Assembly (NCBI GenBank): GCA_016839745.1
Contig: JAEOTS010000128.1
Location: 1-36,508 of the forward strand
Direction of reading: 5' to 3'
From: Promethearchaeota archaeon
GTDB taxonomy: Archaea; Asgardarchaeota; Lokiarchaeia; Sigyniarchaeales; SOKP01
DNA: 36,508 bases
A program made the translations under genes and the position numbers. Below are positions 27,566 through 36,101 of this stretch, one piece after another. Positions within the stretch are counted from its first letter, which is position 1, and every line of letters begins with the position of its first letter. The notes below the pieces were generated by a model, which was not told where the DNA came from, made no database searches, and saw only the letters and a program-made list of their open reading frames with translations.

Positions 27566-28045
27566 ATGACTGAAGAGATATTAAAAGAAGATGAAATAAT
27601 TATTAGAAATTATAGAACATCTGACTATCAAGCAACTCTAAAAATATTAAAAGAACTCCAGAGCCAATATAATATTGGGTTCGTTGAATCAAAATGGAGA
27701 GAAACTTCCGGTCTACGGCAATTTAAACCCAACTTGAAACGAATAACCTTAATCGCAGAACTTAAAAAAACAGGTCAAGTTGTGTCGATGGGGATGTTGG
27801 AAGCAGTAAAGAGCAACTTAGGACAATATATCGGTTATTTAAATAATTGGGCTACCGAAAAAGAATTCATCGGTAAAGGCGTAGGCAAAATTCTCGCAGA
27901 TAGAGCCATACAAATACTCAAATCTTGGGGCTGCGAAGCCGTACGAATTAATATGGCATATTTAGGGGACCAAAAATTAATAGACATCTTTGGAAAAACG
28001 GGATTTGAGCCAATAATTATTGTTTTAGAAAAAAAGTTCGAGTAG
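27566..28045 (+). CDS. GNAT-family acetyltransferase
   Basis: IIIRNY, acetyl-CoA motif FIGKGVGKIL, F.KTGF. Lies 25 nt downstream of the uDENN-like gene with a GGTGA RBS. Confidence 0.85.
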   Translation: MTEEILKEDEIIIRNYRTSDYQATLKILKELQSQYNIGFVESKWRETSGLRQFKPNLKRITLIAELKKTGQVVSMGMLEAVKSNLGQYIGYLNNWATEKEFIGKGVGKILADRAIQILKSWGCEAVRINMAYLGDQKLIDIFGKTGFEPIIIVLEKKFE

Positions 28046-28191
28046 TATTTAACATTTTTTAATAGTTTTACTTCTTTTGGCGAACTATTTTATACTTATT
28101 CTTCAAGGAAGGTAGTTACTAAATTGAAGAAAACTCGAAATTAAAAACCAAAATATATTTAATTTCAAAAATTGAGAATCATATAACTAAT

Positions 28192-28199
28192 TTTATATA
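28192..28199 (+). promoter_or_regulatory. Candidate TATA box for the HMGS-like/thiolase operon
   Basis: TTTATATA about 45-50 nt before ATG 28243; GAGGT RBS at 28227-28231. Confidence 0.4.
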
Positions 28200-28242
28200 T
28201 CCAAACAACAGAAATATAAGATATAAGAGGTAAAAAATTAAT

Positions 28243-29688
28243 ATGCCAATTGGTATTAAAAGTTATGGTGCTTATCTACCTAAATACATGCTATCCAGAG
28301 AACTTATTGCGAAAGCATGGGATTTTCCCTCAGTTCCAGGGACTAAAGCAGTAGCGATGATAGATGAGGACAGCTTAACAATGTCCGTAGAAGCAGGACT
28401 CGATTGCTTGGCGGGAATTGACCCAAAAACAGTTGATGGAATCTTCTTTGCTTCAACAACACAAGTATATACCGAAAAGGATTCAGCTTCATTAATCGCT
28501 ACCGTACTCGATATGAGAGCTGATATCATTACCGCAGATTTCACGGATTCTACTAAAGCAGGCACAACAGCCTTAGCTAGGGCTGCTGATACAATCAAGG
28601 CTAACAAAGACATCAATAGTATCTTGGTAGTAGCAGCTGATACTAGAAAACCTGAACCCTCAACTATGTGGGAATTTGGGTTTGCAGATGGTGCTGCAGC
28701 TATACTCGTTGCGGATGAAGAAAATATTCCAATTTCGATTGATGATTATTATTCAGTCTCAGCGAATGTGACTGGACCGTGGAAAAGAGCGGATAAAGAT
28801 GAGTTCATCAGAACTTTTGAAGTTAAAATGGACGCGAAGTTTTATGTGGAAAGCATCACAAAAGTAATGTCGGAAATCTTGAAACGCAATAATTTAAATC
28901 CTTCCGAAGACATTGATATTGCAGCTTATTACTATAATAACCCCCGAATGCACAGTAGAATCTCTAAAATAATGAAGTTTGGCCAAGGAGTCGCTCAAAA
29001 TAGCTTATTCTTTCAAGTAGGAGACACAGGGACGCCAATGCCCTTCATGCTCCTCATTGCCAGTTTACGAAGACCTAAACCAGATGCCAAAATTATTATG
29101 GCTGGCTTTGGAGATGGAGCAGATGCGATTCTAATGCACATTCGAGATAAAGATGGTGTTAAAGATATTGGTAAAGGAAGAATGGGTTTTATCGGTCACC
29201 AAAAATCGATGGCCCTCCTCAAGAATTACAACAAGTTCGTTGAGTCTAAAGAATTACTCCATAAAGACAGATATACACGTAAGAGCTCAGCTGTTTTAAT
29301 CTGGCGCGACACTGCTTCAGTTTATAAGTGGTATGGGGTAAAATGCAAGAATTGCGGTGCCGTGCAATATCCAGACATGTCACGAGCTTGTTCCGTTTGT
29401 AGGGCTGATGATCAACTTGAAAGCGTGAAACTCGAAAAGAAAGGAGAACTCTTTACATATACCCTTGATCACTTGGTTGGTGGAGCATATCTCAACACAC
29501 CTGTCCCTCGATGCGTGATAGACCTCGATGGTGGTGGTAGAGTGCTCGTCAATATGACTGAAATTGAAAATCCCGAAGAAAACGTCAAAATTGGGATGAG
29601 AGTTGAGTTGACCTTCAGAAAAGAACACGAAGGTGCTGAATTTAAAAATTATTATTGGAAATGTCGACCCGTGAGGGGGAGACCTTAA
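28243..29688 (+). CDS. HMG-CoA synthase/KAS III-like domain (catalytic residues degenerate) fused to DUF35 Zn-ribbon + OB-fold
   Basis: GIKSYGAYLP, DEDSLTMSVEA, KAGTTAL, DGAAA, VGDTG, GFGDGADA; C-terminal CKNCG..CSVC, GELFTYT, IGMRVELTFR, YYWK. Confidence 0.88.
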   Translation: MPIGIKSYGAYLPKYMLSRELIAKAWDFPSVPGTKAVAMIDEDSLTMSVEAGLDCLAGIDPKTVDGIFFASTTQVYTEKDSASLIATVLDMRADIITADFTDSTKAGTTALARAADTIKANKDINSILVVAADTRKPEPSTMWEFGFADGAAAILVADEENIPISIDDYYSVSANVTGPWKRADKDEFIRTFEVKMDAKFYVESITKVMSEILKRNNLNPSEDIDIAAYYYNNPRMHSRISKIMKFGQGVAQNSLFFQVGDTGTPMPFMLLIASLRRPKPDAKIIMAGFGDGADAILMHIRDKDGVKDIGKGRMGFIGHQKSMALLKNYNKFVESKELLHKDRYTRKSSAVLIWRDTASVYKWYGVKCKNCGAVQYPDMSRACSVCRADDQLESVKLEKKGELFTYTLDHLVGGAYLNTPVPRCVIDLDGGGRVLVNMTEIENPEENVKIGMRVELTFRKEHEGAEFKNYYWKCRPVRGRP

Positions 29689-29702
29689 AGGAGGTAATAA
29701 AT

Positions 29703-30890
29703 ATGGTAAGACATGGTATTAAAGACAAAGTCGCAATTATCGGTTGCGATATGACAAAATATGGAGAACTGTGGGACAAGTCGCAACACGACCTACTTTT
29801 CGAAGCGTTCCAAAGCGCAATAAAAGACGCCGGAATCACTAAGGATGAGGTTGATGCGAGCTGGATTGGAATATTTTACTATTTTACTGGATTATCAGGT
29901 GCAATGGTAGAAGATATCCTAAGATTGGACGGTAAACCTGCCACTCGAGTGGAAAATTATTGCGCTTCTGGCATGGACGCGTTTCGTAACGCCTCATTTG
30001 CTGTTGCTTCCGGAGCGTACGATATTGCTCTCGCTTGTGGAGTAGAGAAACTAATGGACGAAGGAGGCAGTGGATTGCCAGGCTTTACACAATTCGGACA
30101 TCCATTATATCCTACGCCTTCCGCACCCGCAATGTTTTCGATGGCAGCAACTAGATGCTTCCACGAATTTGGTTGGACAAAGGAGGATCTTGCTCGAGTT
30201 GCCGTAAAAAATCATGATAACGGTTCTCATCATCCAAAAGCACACTTTCGAAGACCGATTACAATTGATGCTGCGATGAAAGCCCCCATGATTGCTGACC
30301 CTCTAGGCCGCTTCGATTGTTGTGCGATGTCGGACGGAGCAGCCGCGTTGATTCTTACAAGACCAGAACTCGCAGAGTCTTACGCTCATGCAGATGATTA
30401 TGTATTAGTTAAAGCCAATGCGATTTCAGCTCACACCAATTTTCCATGGTACATCCCTTCAAATGGACCCGGGGCAGATTTTACATCTTTTCCATCAACG
30501 GTAAAAGCAGCGCAATACGCATATAAAGAAGCAGGAATCACCGATCCAAGAAAGCAAATTGATGCCGCAGAAGTTCACGACTGTTTTACGATCACAGAAC
30601 TCATAAACTGTCAGGATTTACAATTCTGCGATAGAGGTCAAGCAGCTGAAGAGCTTAAGAATGGTACATTCAATTGGGATGGAGAAACTGCCGTTAATCC
30701 TTCTGGAGGGTTAAAAAGTTTTGGTCACCCGATTGGAAGTACTGGTTGCAGGATGCTTACGGAGATTGCTAAACAAGTTCAAGGACGCGCTGAAGGAAGG
30801 CAAGTACCCGACGCCAAGATTGGTTTGGCTCATAACCTCGGCGGTGCGTTTAGCGTTTGTTCCACGACCATATTAGGTCAACGAGATTAA
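29703..30890 (+). CDS. SCP2-type/archaeal thiolase (acetyl-CoA acyltransferase family)
   Basis: VAIIG, VENYCASG, GVEK, KNH.NG, SDGAAA, EVHDCF, NPSGGL..GHPIGSTG, HNLGG. GGAGGT RBS at 29690-29695 supports ATG 29703. Confidence 0.92.
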   Translation: MVRHGIKDKVAIIGCDMTKYGELWDKSQHDLLFEAFQSAIKDAGITKDEVDASWIGIFYYFTGLSGAMVEDILRLDGKPATRVENYCASGMDAFRNASFAVASGAYDIALACGVEKLMDEGGSGLPGFTQFGHPLYPTPSAPAMFSMAATRCFHEFGWTKEDLARVAVKNHDNGSHHPKAHFRRPITIDAAMKAPMIADPLGRFDCCAMSDGAAALILTRPELAESYAHADDYVLVKANAISAHTNFPWYIPSNGPGADFTSFPSTVKAAQYAYKEAGITDPRKQIDAAEVHDCFTITELINCQDLQFCDRGQAAEELKNGTFNWDGETAVNPSGGLKSFGHPIGSTGCRMLTEIAKQVQGRAEGRQVPDAKIGLAHNLGGAFSVCSTTILGQRD

Positions 30891-30893
30891 AAA

Positions 30894-30921
30894 TTTTTCT
30901 ATTTTTTTTTCTACTTTTTTT
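30894..30921 (+). terminator. Poly-T archaeal terminator
   Basis: TTTTTCTATTTTTTTTTCTACTTTTTTT immediately after the thiolase stop. Confidence 0.6.
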
Positions 30922-31048
30922 AACAATAATTTTCAGGATGAAATATATTTTTAAATAACTCACTTCATTAATGTTGAGTAGTATATTATGTAGTTTTTTA
31001 TGATATTGTAATATCTCAGATAGATTGTAAATCACTTTATGATATAAA

Positions 31049-31993
31049 ATGAAAAAAAAATATAGATTTGGAAAACCTAAAAAGAGAAGGTTTGACGACC
31101 TTAAGGAATTCTACAAGGTTCTACAAGGTAAATCTGATCTTGGGGAAGAAATTGATAATCTCGTAGATAAAGCTGAGAAAATGGCAACGGATTACGAATT
31201 AGCACTGGAGGAAGGGAGACTAAAAGAAGAATCACCATATCGTAAGATAATTGAAATATACAAGCGAATAATAGATATTTTTATTTCAAAAGGGTGGAAA
31301 GAGCAAGCATTAATTTATGCTGATCAAATTAAATTTTATCAAGATGAATGGGAGAGAGACAAGAAGCTGCGTAAGTTAGAGTATCAAAAGATTCAGAGAC
31401 AAAAAGACTATAGAGATTCATTAAAAGTTAAAGCGATAACTGAAAATAGAAGACGATACAACTACGATGATACTAGGGGAGAAGGATTTCCCTATATAAT
31501 AAGAAGGTTCGAAGATCGCGAGGGAATAGCGGGTGTGATCATTTGCGATCTGAATGGTAGACCGATTGATTCGAACATAGATATCGATATAAGCGAAAGC
31601 ACATCAGCTGATATTACATCCTTAATTAGAATTGGAAAACAACTCGTTGAAGCGTTGAAAGAAGGCGGACTCAAATTCATACGCTTAGAAACCTCGAAAG
31701 GAGAAATTATGATTGCTTTAGAGGAACAACTTATTTTAATCATTCTGAAAGGCGAAAAACGCGCGAGAAAAAGATTTGGGGGCGATCGCTTTCCATATCC
31801 TTACATTTTCACACATCCAAGACCGCCGGACGATTTCGCAGCAGCAACTCAAGTCCAAGTTCGTGCTCCCTTTTTAAAAGAAAAAGAATCCGAAGGTGAA
31901 AATAATTGTCAGTATTGCGGTATGAAGCTTACGAAAGAGGAACAATTAACTCATTCCTGTAAAAAGAAACCTGATAAAAATAATAAATTATGA
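31049..31993 (+). CDS. Helical N-domain + Roadblock/LC7 domain (dynein light chain roadblock-like) + shared Pro/Tyr-rich Zn-knuckle tail
   Basis: EGIAGVIICDLNGRPIDS..LKFIRLETSKGEIMIA..LIILK; tail PYPYIFTHPRPPDDF..CQYCGMKLTKEEQLTHSC. Confidence 0.85.
   Translation: MKKKYRFGKPKKRRFDDLKEFYKVLQGKSDLGEEIDNLVDKAEKMATDYELALEEGRLKEESPYRKIIEIYKRIIDIFISKGWKEQALIYADQIKFYQDEWERDKKLRKLEYQKIQRQKDYRDSLKVKAITENRRRYNYDDTRGEGFPYIIRRFEDREGIAGVIICDLNGRPIDSNIDIDISESTSADITSLIRIGKQLVEALKEGGLKFIRLETSKGEIMIALEEQLILIILKGEKRARKRFGGDRFPYPYIFTHPRPPDDFAAATQVQVRAPFLKEKESEGENNCQYCGMKLTKEEQLTHSCKKKPDKNNKL
31793..31974 (+). repeat. Direct repeat copy 1 (coding, C-terminal module)
   Basis: Aligns to 32404-32582 with one 3-nt indel and 28 mismatches over 179 aligned nt by manual count (~84%). 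Confidence 0.95.
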
Positions 31994-32586
31994 GTGGTGT
32001 AACTATGGTTGACGATAGTTTAGATGATTTTTTGAAAAAACTACTCGGAGCAATCCCCGAAGTAAAATCTGCCGCTATTGTATCTGCTGAAGGACTTCCA
32101 ATAGCATCTGCACTTCCGCAAGGTGTCGACGAAACGAGAATCGCAGCAATGACTGCAACCTTACTCTCTTTATCTGAAAAGGCAATTATAGAGATTAAAA
32201 AAGGAGATTTTGATCAGTTGTATATAAAAGGGAGCGAAGGGTATCTCTTGGTAATGCAAGCAGGTCAAAACGCCGTTTTAATCTTATCTACTACGAGGGA
32301 TGTTAGACTTGGATTAACTTTATTAGAATTTAGAAGATTTTTTGAAAAATATGCGCGATTTGGATACTTTAAGGATGATGATGATGATAGTGAGGATTAT
32401 CCTCCATATCCTTATATTTTCACTCATCCAAGACCCCCTGACGATTTCGCAGGGGCAGCTCAAGTACAAGTTCGTGCCCCCTTAAAAGAAAAAGATTCAG
32501 AGGAGAAAATTTCTTGCCAATATTGCGGTATGAAGCTTACTAAAGGAGAACAAGCTACTCATTCTTGTAAAAAGAAGCCTGAATAG
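31990..32586 (+). CDS. Roadblock/LC7 (MglB/LAMTOR2-like) domain + shared Pro/Tyr-rich Zn-knuckle tail
   Basis: SAAIVSAEGLPIASALP..RIAAMTATLLSLSEK..LYIKGSEGYLLV..AVL..LGL. ATGA overlap with the upstream gene; alternative start 32005. Confidence 0.9.
   Translation: MSGVTMVDDSLDDFLKKLLGAIPEVKSAAIVSAEGLPIASALPQGVDETRIAAMTATLLSLSEKAIIEIKKGDFDQLYIKGSEGYLLVMQAGQNAVLILSTTRDVRLGLTLLEFRRFFEKYARFGYFKDDDDDSEDYPPYPYIFTHPRPPDDFAGAAQVQVRAPLKEKDSEEKISCQYCGMKLTKGEQATHSCKKKPE
32404..32582 (+). repeat. Direct repeat copy 2 (coding, C-terminal module)
   Basis: See copy 1; 50 of 59 aligned residues are identical. Confidence 0.95.
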
Positions 32587-32632
32587 AAGTTGGCAACAAA
32601 GAATTCCTTTTACTTTTTTTGATTAATCCATT

Positions 32633-33271
32633 TTAAGTAGTATTATTAGGATTTCGAACCATCTCATAATTAGGCAAATCATAATTATTAATTTTGATAT
32701 TAATTTCCTTGATGACTTTAAATCCATGTTTCTTATAGAAATCTACATTATCAATATCAGCGCTTACATATGTACTGTATCCACAACTATCCGTTTTTTT
32801 AAACATTGCTTTTAGTAATTTACTGGCAATACCTTTTCTTTGATATTCAGGATCAACTGCTAAACTCATTAGGTCTAAATAACGTTTCCCAACCATGTTT
32901 TTGGCCCTATCCTTATCTAATTGACTTAATCCTTTCACTGAAGCTAAAAAATCTCTGCCAATTTTAACCAATTTGAAGCTATTTTTAAATCCCCCAGATC
33001 GAATCAATCTCCACATAGTCATATCAGCTTTTTCATGCGGTATCCAAATTGAAATTCCTTCTAATTGTTCTGAAGGAGCATAAGGAAACCCATATTTTAG
33101 TCCATAACGAATTGCTACTTCAAAAAATGTTTTCAATACTTGTGATTTTTCTTCTACATCCTCAAGAGCTTTTTCATAGAGTTTAATTTTAGAGTAAGCT
33201 CTAGCATAAACTTCAGTTGCTTTTTTAATATCATTATTAGTTAATCTGTAAAAATTATTAAGTTCAAACAT
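32633..33271 (-). CDS. GNAT-family acetyltransferase
   Basis: LAVDPEYQRKGIASKLL, NVDFYKKHGF. AAGGAG precedes ATG 33271, preferred over 33409. Confidence 0.88.
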   Translation of the reverse strand: MFELNNFYRLTNNDIKKATEVYARAYSKIKLYEKALEDVEEKSQVLKTFFEVAIRYGLKYGFPYAPSEQLEGISIWIPHEKADMTMWRLIRSGGFKNSFKLVKIGRDFLASVKGLSQLDKDRAKNMVGKRYLDLMSLAVDPEYQRKGIASKLLKAMFKKTDSCGYSTYVSADIDNVDFYKKHGFKVIKEINIKINNYDLPNYEMVRNPNNTT

Positions 33272-33710
33272 AGTCTCCTTTTCAGTATAGTCTGATGTTA
33301 TTTTAGAAAGATTGTCAATATCATTATTCACATTCATATTAGAATTATAATTAAATTCTATTATAAAAAATTTGGAGACCAGTATTTCCTCATCAGAATA
33401 AATTGTCATACCCTAACATTTTTCATTGAAAACAGATTACCTTTTCATACATCTGAAAAACTTAATTGAAGCAATTTAATTACTGCTACATAAATATTTT
33501 AATGAGAGTAATTTTAAATTATTTTATGTAATTAGAAGATGGTTTAATTCGTTTTGCAATAACCAAATTAGGTCTAAGAGATTAAAATTTTTTCTATTTT
33601 TTTTTTTTATTCTATAACCATTCTCTCTATGAGTTACGTGAAATTATTAGTAACAACAAGTTAGCTTATTCTAGATATATCTTTCGAAAAGAATTAAAAA
33701 AAAAAGGAAA

Positions 33711-36101
33711 TTATTCAGTTTCTTTAATAATTTTATTGAGAGTCTCTATCGCATTTTCTATAATGCTTTTTGAGAACACTTTTTTTATGGTTTTTGCCAT
33801 CATTTTATAGGATCCTGTGACTTCCATTTCTATTTCAATAAAGATGCCAATACCTGAATCTATATCCTCAAAACTTATAGTATAAAAAGTTGTACCAGGA
33901 GAAGGAACAACTTCAAATTTTGTAGAATGTTCAGTTCTTGGGCCAATCTCATTGGTTGATATTTCTTTTCCCTGAGCTACCGTAGTATGTTGTCCAATTG
34001 TATCAAAGAACTTGTTTATTATATTTCCCAAATCGGCTCGTTTCTCTTTTAATTCAAAAATTAATTGCTTAGCTTCAGGTTCTTGTTTTCCTCCACCACT
34101 TACTACGACCCTCACGCGACCGATGTTCCGGATTCGTGCATTGGGAGTTTGAGAGTCACCTTGCCTTTGCGAGGTTACAAGAACTGCTGGAAAGTATGTG
34201 CCACTTTCGGAAAAGGTATAAGTGGTCTTCACCTTCACACGATTGCTCTTGGTGTCTTTGAGTTGCTCGGTAATTGGATAATCGCCATTACCCTCGAAAT
34301 CCCATTCCACACCAACAATAAAACCGGTATCTGGCGGTGCTTCGATAACCGCGGAAAACTTAACTTTCTTCCCGACATTGACCTCTGCACGCATACCTCC
34401 GTTTACTGTAAGATTGACCACCGGTTGTACTCCCTTGCGCTCCGCAGCAGTCGGTGGTACTTCCACTTGGCCATCTACCACTTTATATATAGTGCTCGCA
34501 GGAGGTGCCACGCCTTTTTCAACCCATGCGCTCACATCGCGCAGTGCCTGTTGCAAGATACCACCATAGTTGATAACTCGAGTGGTTATTGCTGGATGGG
34601 AGTCTATAGGTGAGATCACAGGTGGTGTATGCATCGCATTGTCAATGAACCAGAGCCGATAATTATCATCGAATTTTTCTCCCAATGCGGCTTTCACCTT
34701 CGAGCGATACCAGTCAGCTTGCCAAGGATAGGCAGCCTCATCCGTTAACATTTCTACAACTATCATCTTGCCCTCAAACTTGCCAGTCTGGACCGAACCA
34801 GCGCCCTGATACGCATGACGCGGACCCAGTATCTCGGGTCGTTGCGGATACAGCGGTTTACCATCAGCGCCCCGGAACTGGTCCCAGACATAATATTCAG
34901 GTGACGGAACCTGATGGCGATGATAGGTTTGAGTTGCGAGATAATTAGAGTTGTCGATCTGCACTTTGTCACCCACCTTAACAGCTGCCAGTAACCGGTA
35001 GTTTTCCTCACCATAGGCTAGCATTACCATGTTATCGAACGCTGCAACAGCGTAAACAACGCAACCCTCTGCTTCACCGCTCTTCAAGAATATTGAAGCA
35101 CCCTGTATGTCACCTTCAGGCACGCTTTCTAATTCAAATCCTGCTGGGACTACATTACCCGCTTGCCCCGCAGATATAGACAATGACCCTCCCATTTTCC
35201 TGATATCTTCGGGCATAATAAGCTTGCTTATGGTTGTATCGTGTTTTATCCGGGCGTCTAAGAGCGATTGGGGCGGGTTTGCACCGAGGTAGCCCGGTTC
35301 CTTCCAAAAATCCTCAAAGTAATTAGAATCCCATTTCATCATTGGGTCAAGGAGCGTAGTTAAGACTCCGGTGTAACCGAACGCTATTCTCCTGTAATTG
35401 AACCAAGCTCGTGGCGGAAAACCCATCTTAGTCACTTCGATAAGCGCCTCTCGTTCCTCTTCATTTAGATCAGCATATATATCTCCGCTACCACCAGGTT
35501 CTACCGCATCGATGATGGCGGGTATTTTATCTTTCAACACGCGCATTGCGTGAGCCTGTACCGAGAATACATTGATCATGGCCATTGGTGTTGCGTGAAT
35601 AAATGGCACCACGCCATCCCAGACACCAACTGTGTTTTCTATGCAACTAATTGTCTTATATCCTCCACCGCTACCGCCAAAAGCATACCCATACGAGCGG
35701 TGGGGACCATACATTTCAGAAGCCAAAACACGCGAATATTTCGCCACTGCCACACTGGTCCGATATCCGGCGATGGTGGGATCATCCCCTGGGAACATGT
35801 CCAACCTCCCTAAGTTCGATTCCAAAAGATAGCCGCCACTCTCGAAGGCAAAGTCTAATGAGTAGGGAGGATCTGGGTAACTTGGATTCTGTACTTGATT
35901 TTCATTCCCAGACATCGGCATGATATACTGGAAGAACCGACCATCGTATTGTTCCTTAGGTGGGAAGTATAACGAGAATCGAGCATCTGTGTCCTTAAAA
36001 CCGCCATGGACGTATCGATGGCGTACAGGCTCGTCCCGCCACTCATCGATATCCACATATGGCTGGGTAAAAAACGGATCAATTGATTCACTTGTTTGCA
36101 T
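33711..36101 (-). CDS. Tannase/feruloyl-esterase-like alpha/beta hydrolase + PKD domain + unrelated C-terminal domain
   Basis: RFSLYFPP..YDGRFFQ, nucleophile elbow GGSGGG, WDGVVP, YRLWFIDNAMH; PKD-like VEWDFEGNG..YTFSESGTYFPAV. GC content clearly above the neighbouring genes. Confidence 0.75.
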   Translation of the reverse strand: MQTSESIDPFFTQPYVDIDEWRDEPVRHRYVHGGFKDTDARFSLYFPPKEQYDGRFFQYIMPMSGNENQVQNPSYPDPPYSLDFAFESGGYLLESNLGRLDMFPGDDPTIAGYRTSVAVAKYSRVLASEMYGPHRSYGYAFGGSGGGYKTISCIENTVGVWDGVVPFIHATPMAMINVFSVQAHAMRVLKDKIPAIIDAVEPGGSGDIYADLNEEEREALIEVTKMGFPPRAWFNYRRIAFGYTGVLTTLLDPMMKWDSNYFEDFWKEPGYLGANPPQSLLDARIKHDTTISKLIMPEDIRKMGGSLSISAGQAGNVVPAGFELESVPEGDIQGASIFLKSGEAEGCVVYAVAAFDNMVMLAYGEENYRLLAAVKVGDKVQIDNSNYLATQTYHRHQVPSPEYYVWDQFRGADGKPLYPQRPEILGPRHAYQGAGSVQTGKFEGKMIVVEMLTDEAAYPWQADWYRSKVKAALGEKFDDNYRLWFIDNAMHTPPVISPIDSHPAITTRVINYGGILQQALRDVSAWVEKGVAPPASTIYKVVDGQVEVPPTAAERKGVQPVVNLTVNGGMRAEVNVGKKVKFSAVIEAPPDTGFIVGVEWDFEGNGDYPITEQLKDTKSNRVKVKTTYTFSESGTYFPAVLVTSQRQGDSQTPNARIRNIGRVRVVVSGGGKQEPEAKQLIFELKEKRADLGNIINKFFDTIGQHTTVAQGKEISTNEIGPRTEHSTKFEVVPSPGTTFYTISFEDIDSGIGIFIEIEMEVTGSYKMMAKTIKKVFSKSIIENAIETLNKIIKETE

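Noticed and set aside
28243-29688. Annotation as functional HMG-CoA synthase of the mevalonate pathway
   Set aside because: The catalytic Cys, Glu and His positions appear substituted.
1507-31743. Short 60-114 aa ORFs antisense to or nested in assigned genes (e.g. 5740-6069, 9203-9457, 28272-28616, 31492-31743)
   Set aside because: Shadow ORFs of well-supported genes, lacking motifs or RBS.
31793-32582. Direct repeat as a mobile-element terminal repeat or assembly artefact
   Set aside because: The copies are in-frame coding, differ at many synonymous sites and by a codon-length indel, and no transposase or target-site duplication is seen.
16297-33409. Longer N-termini in the ORF track (16297, 26452, 29655, 33409)
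   Set aside because: The extensions are AT-rich intergenic-like sequence or overlap the upstream gene. Downstream ATGs fit family N-termini and/or RBS better.
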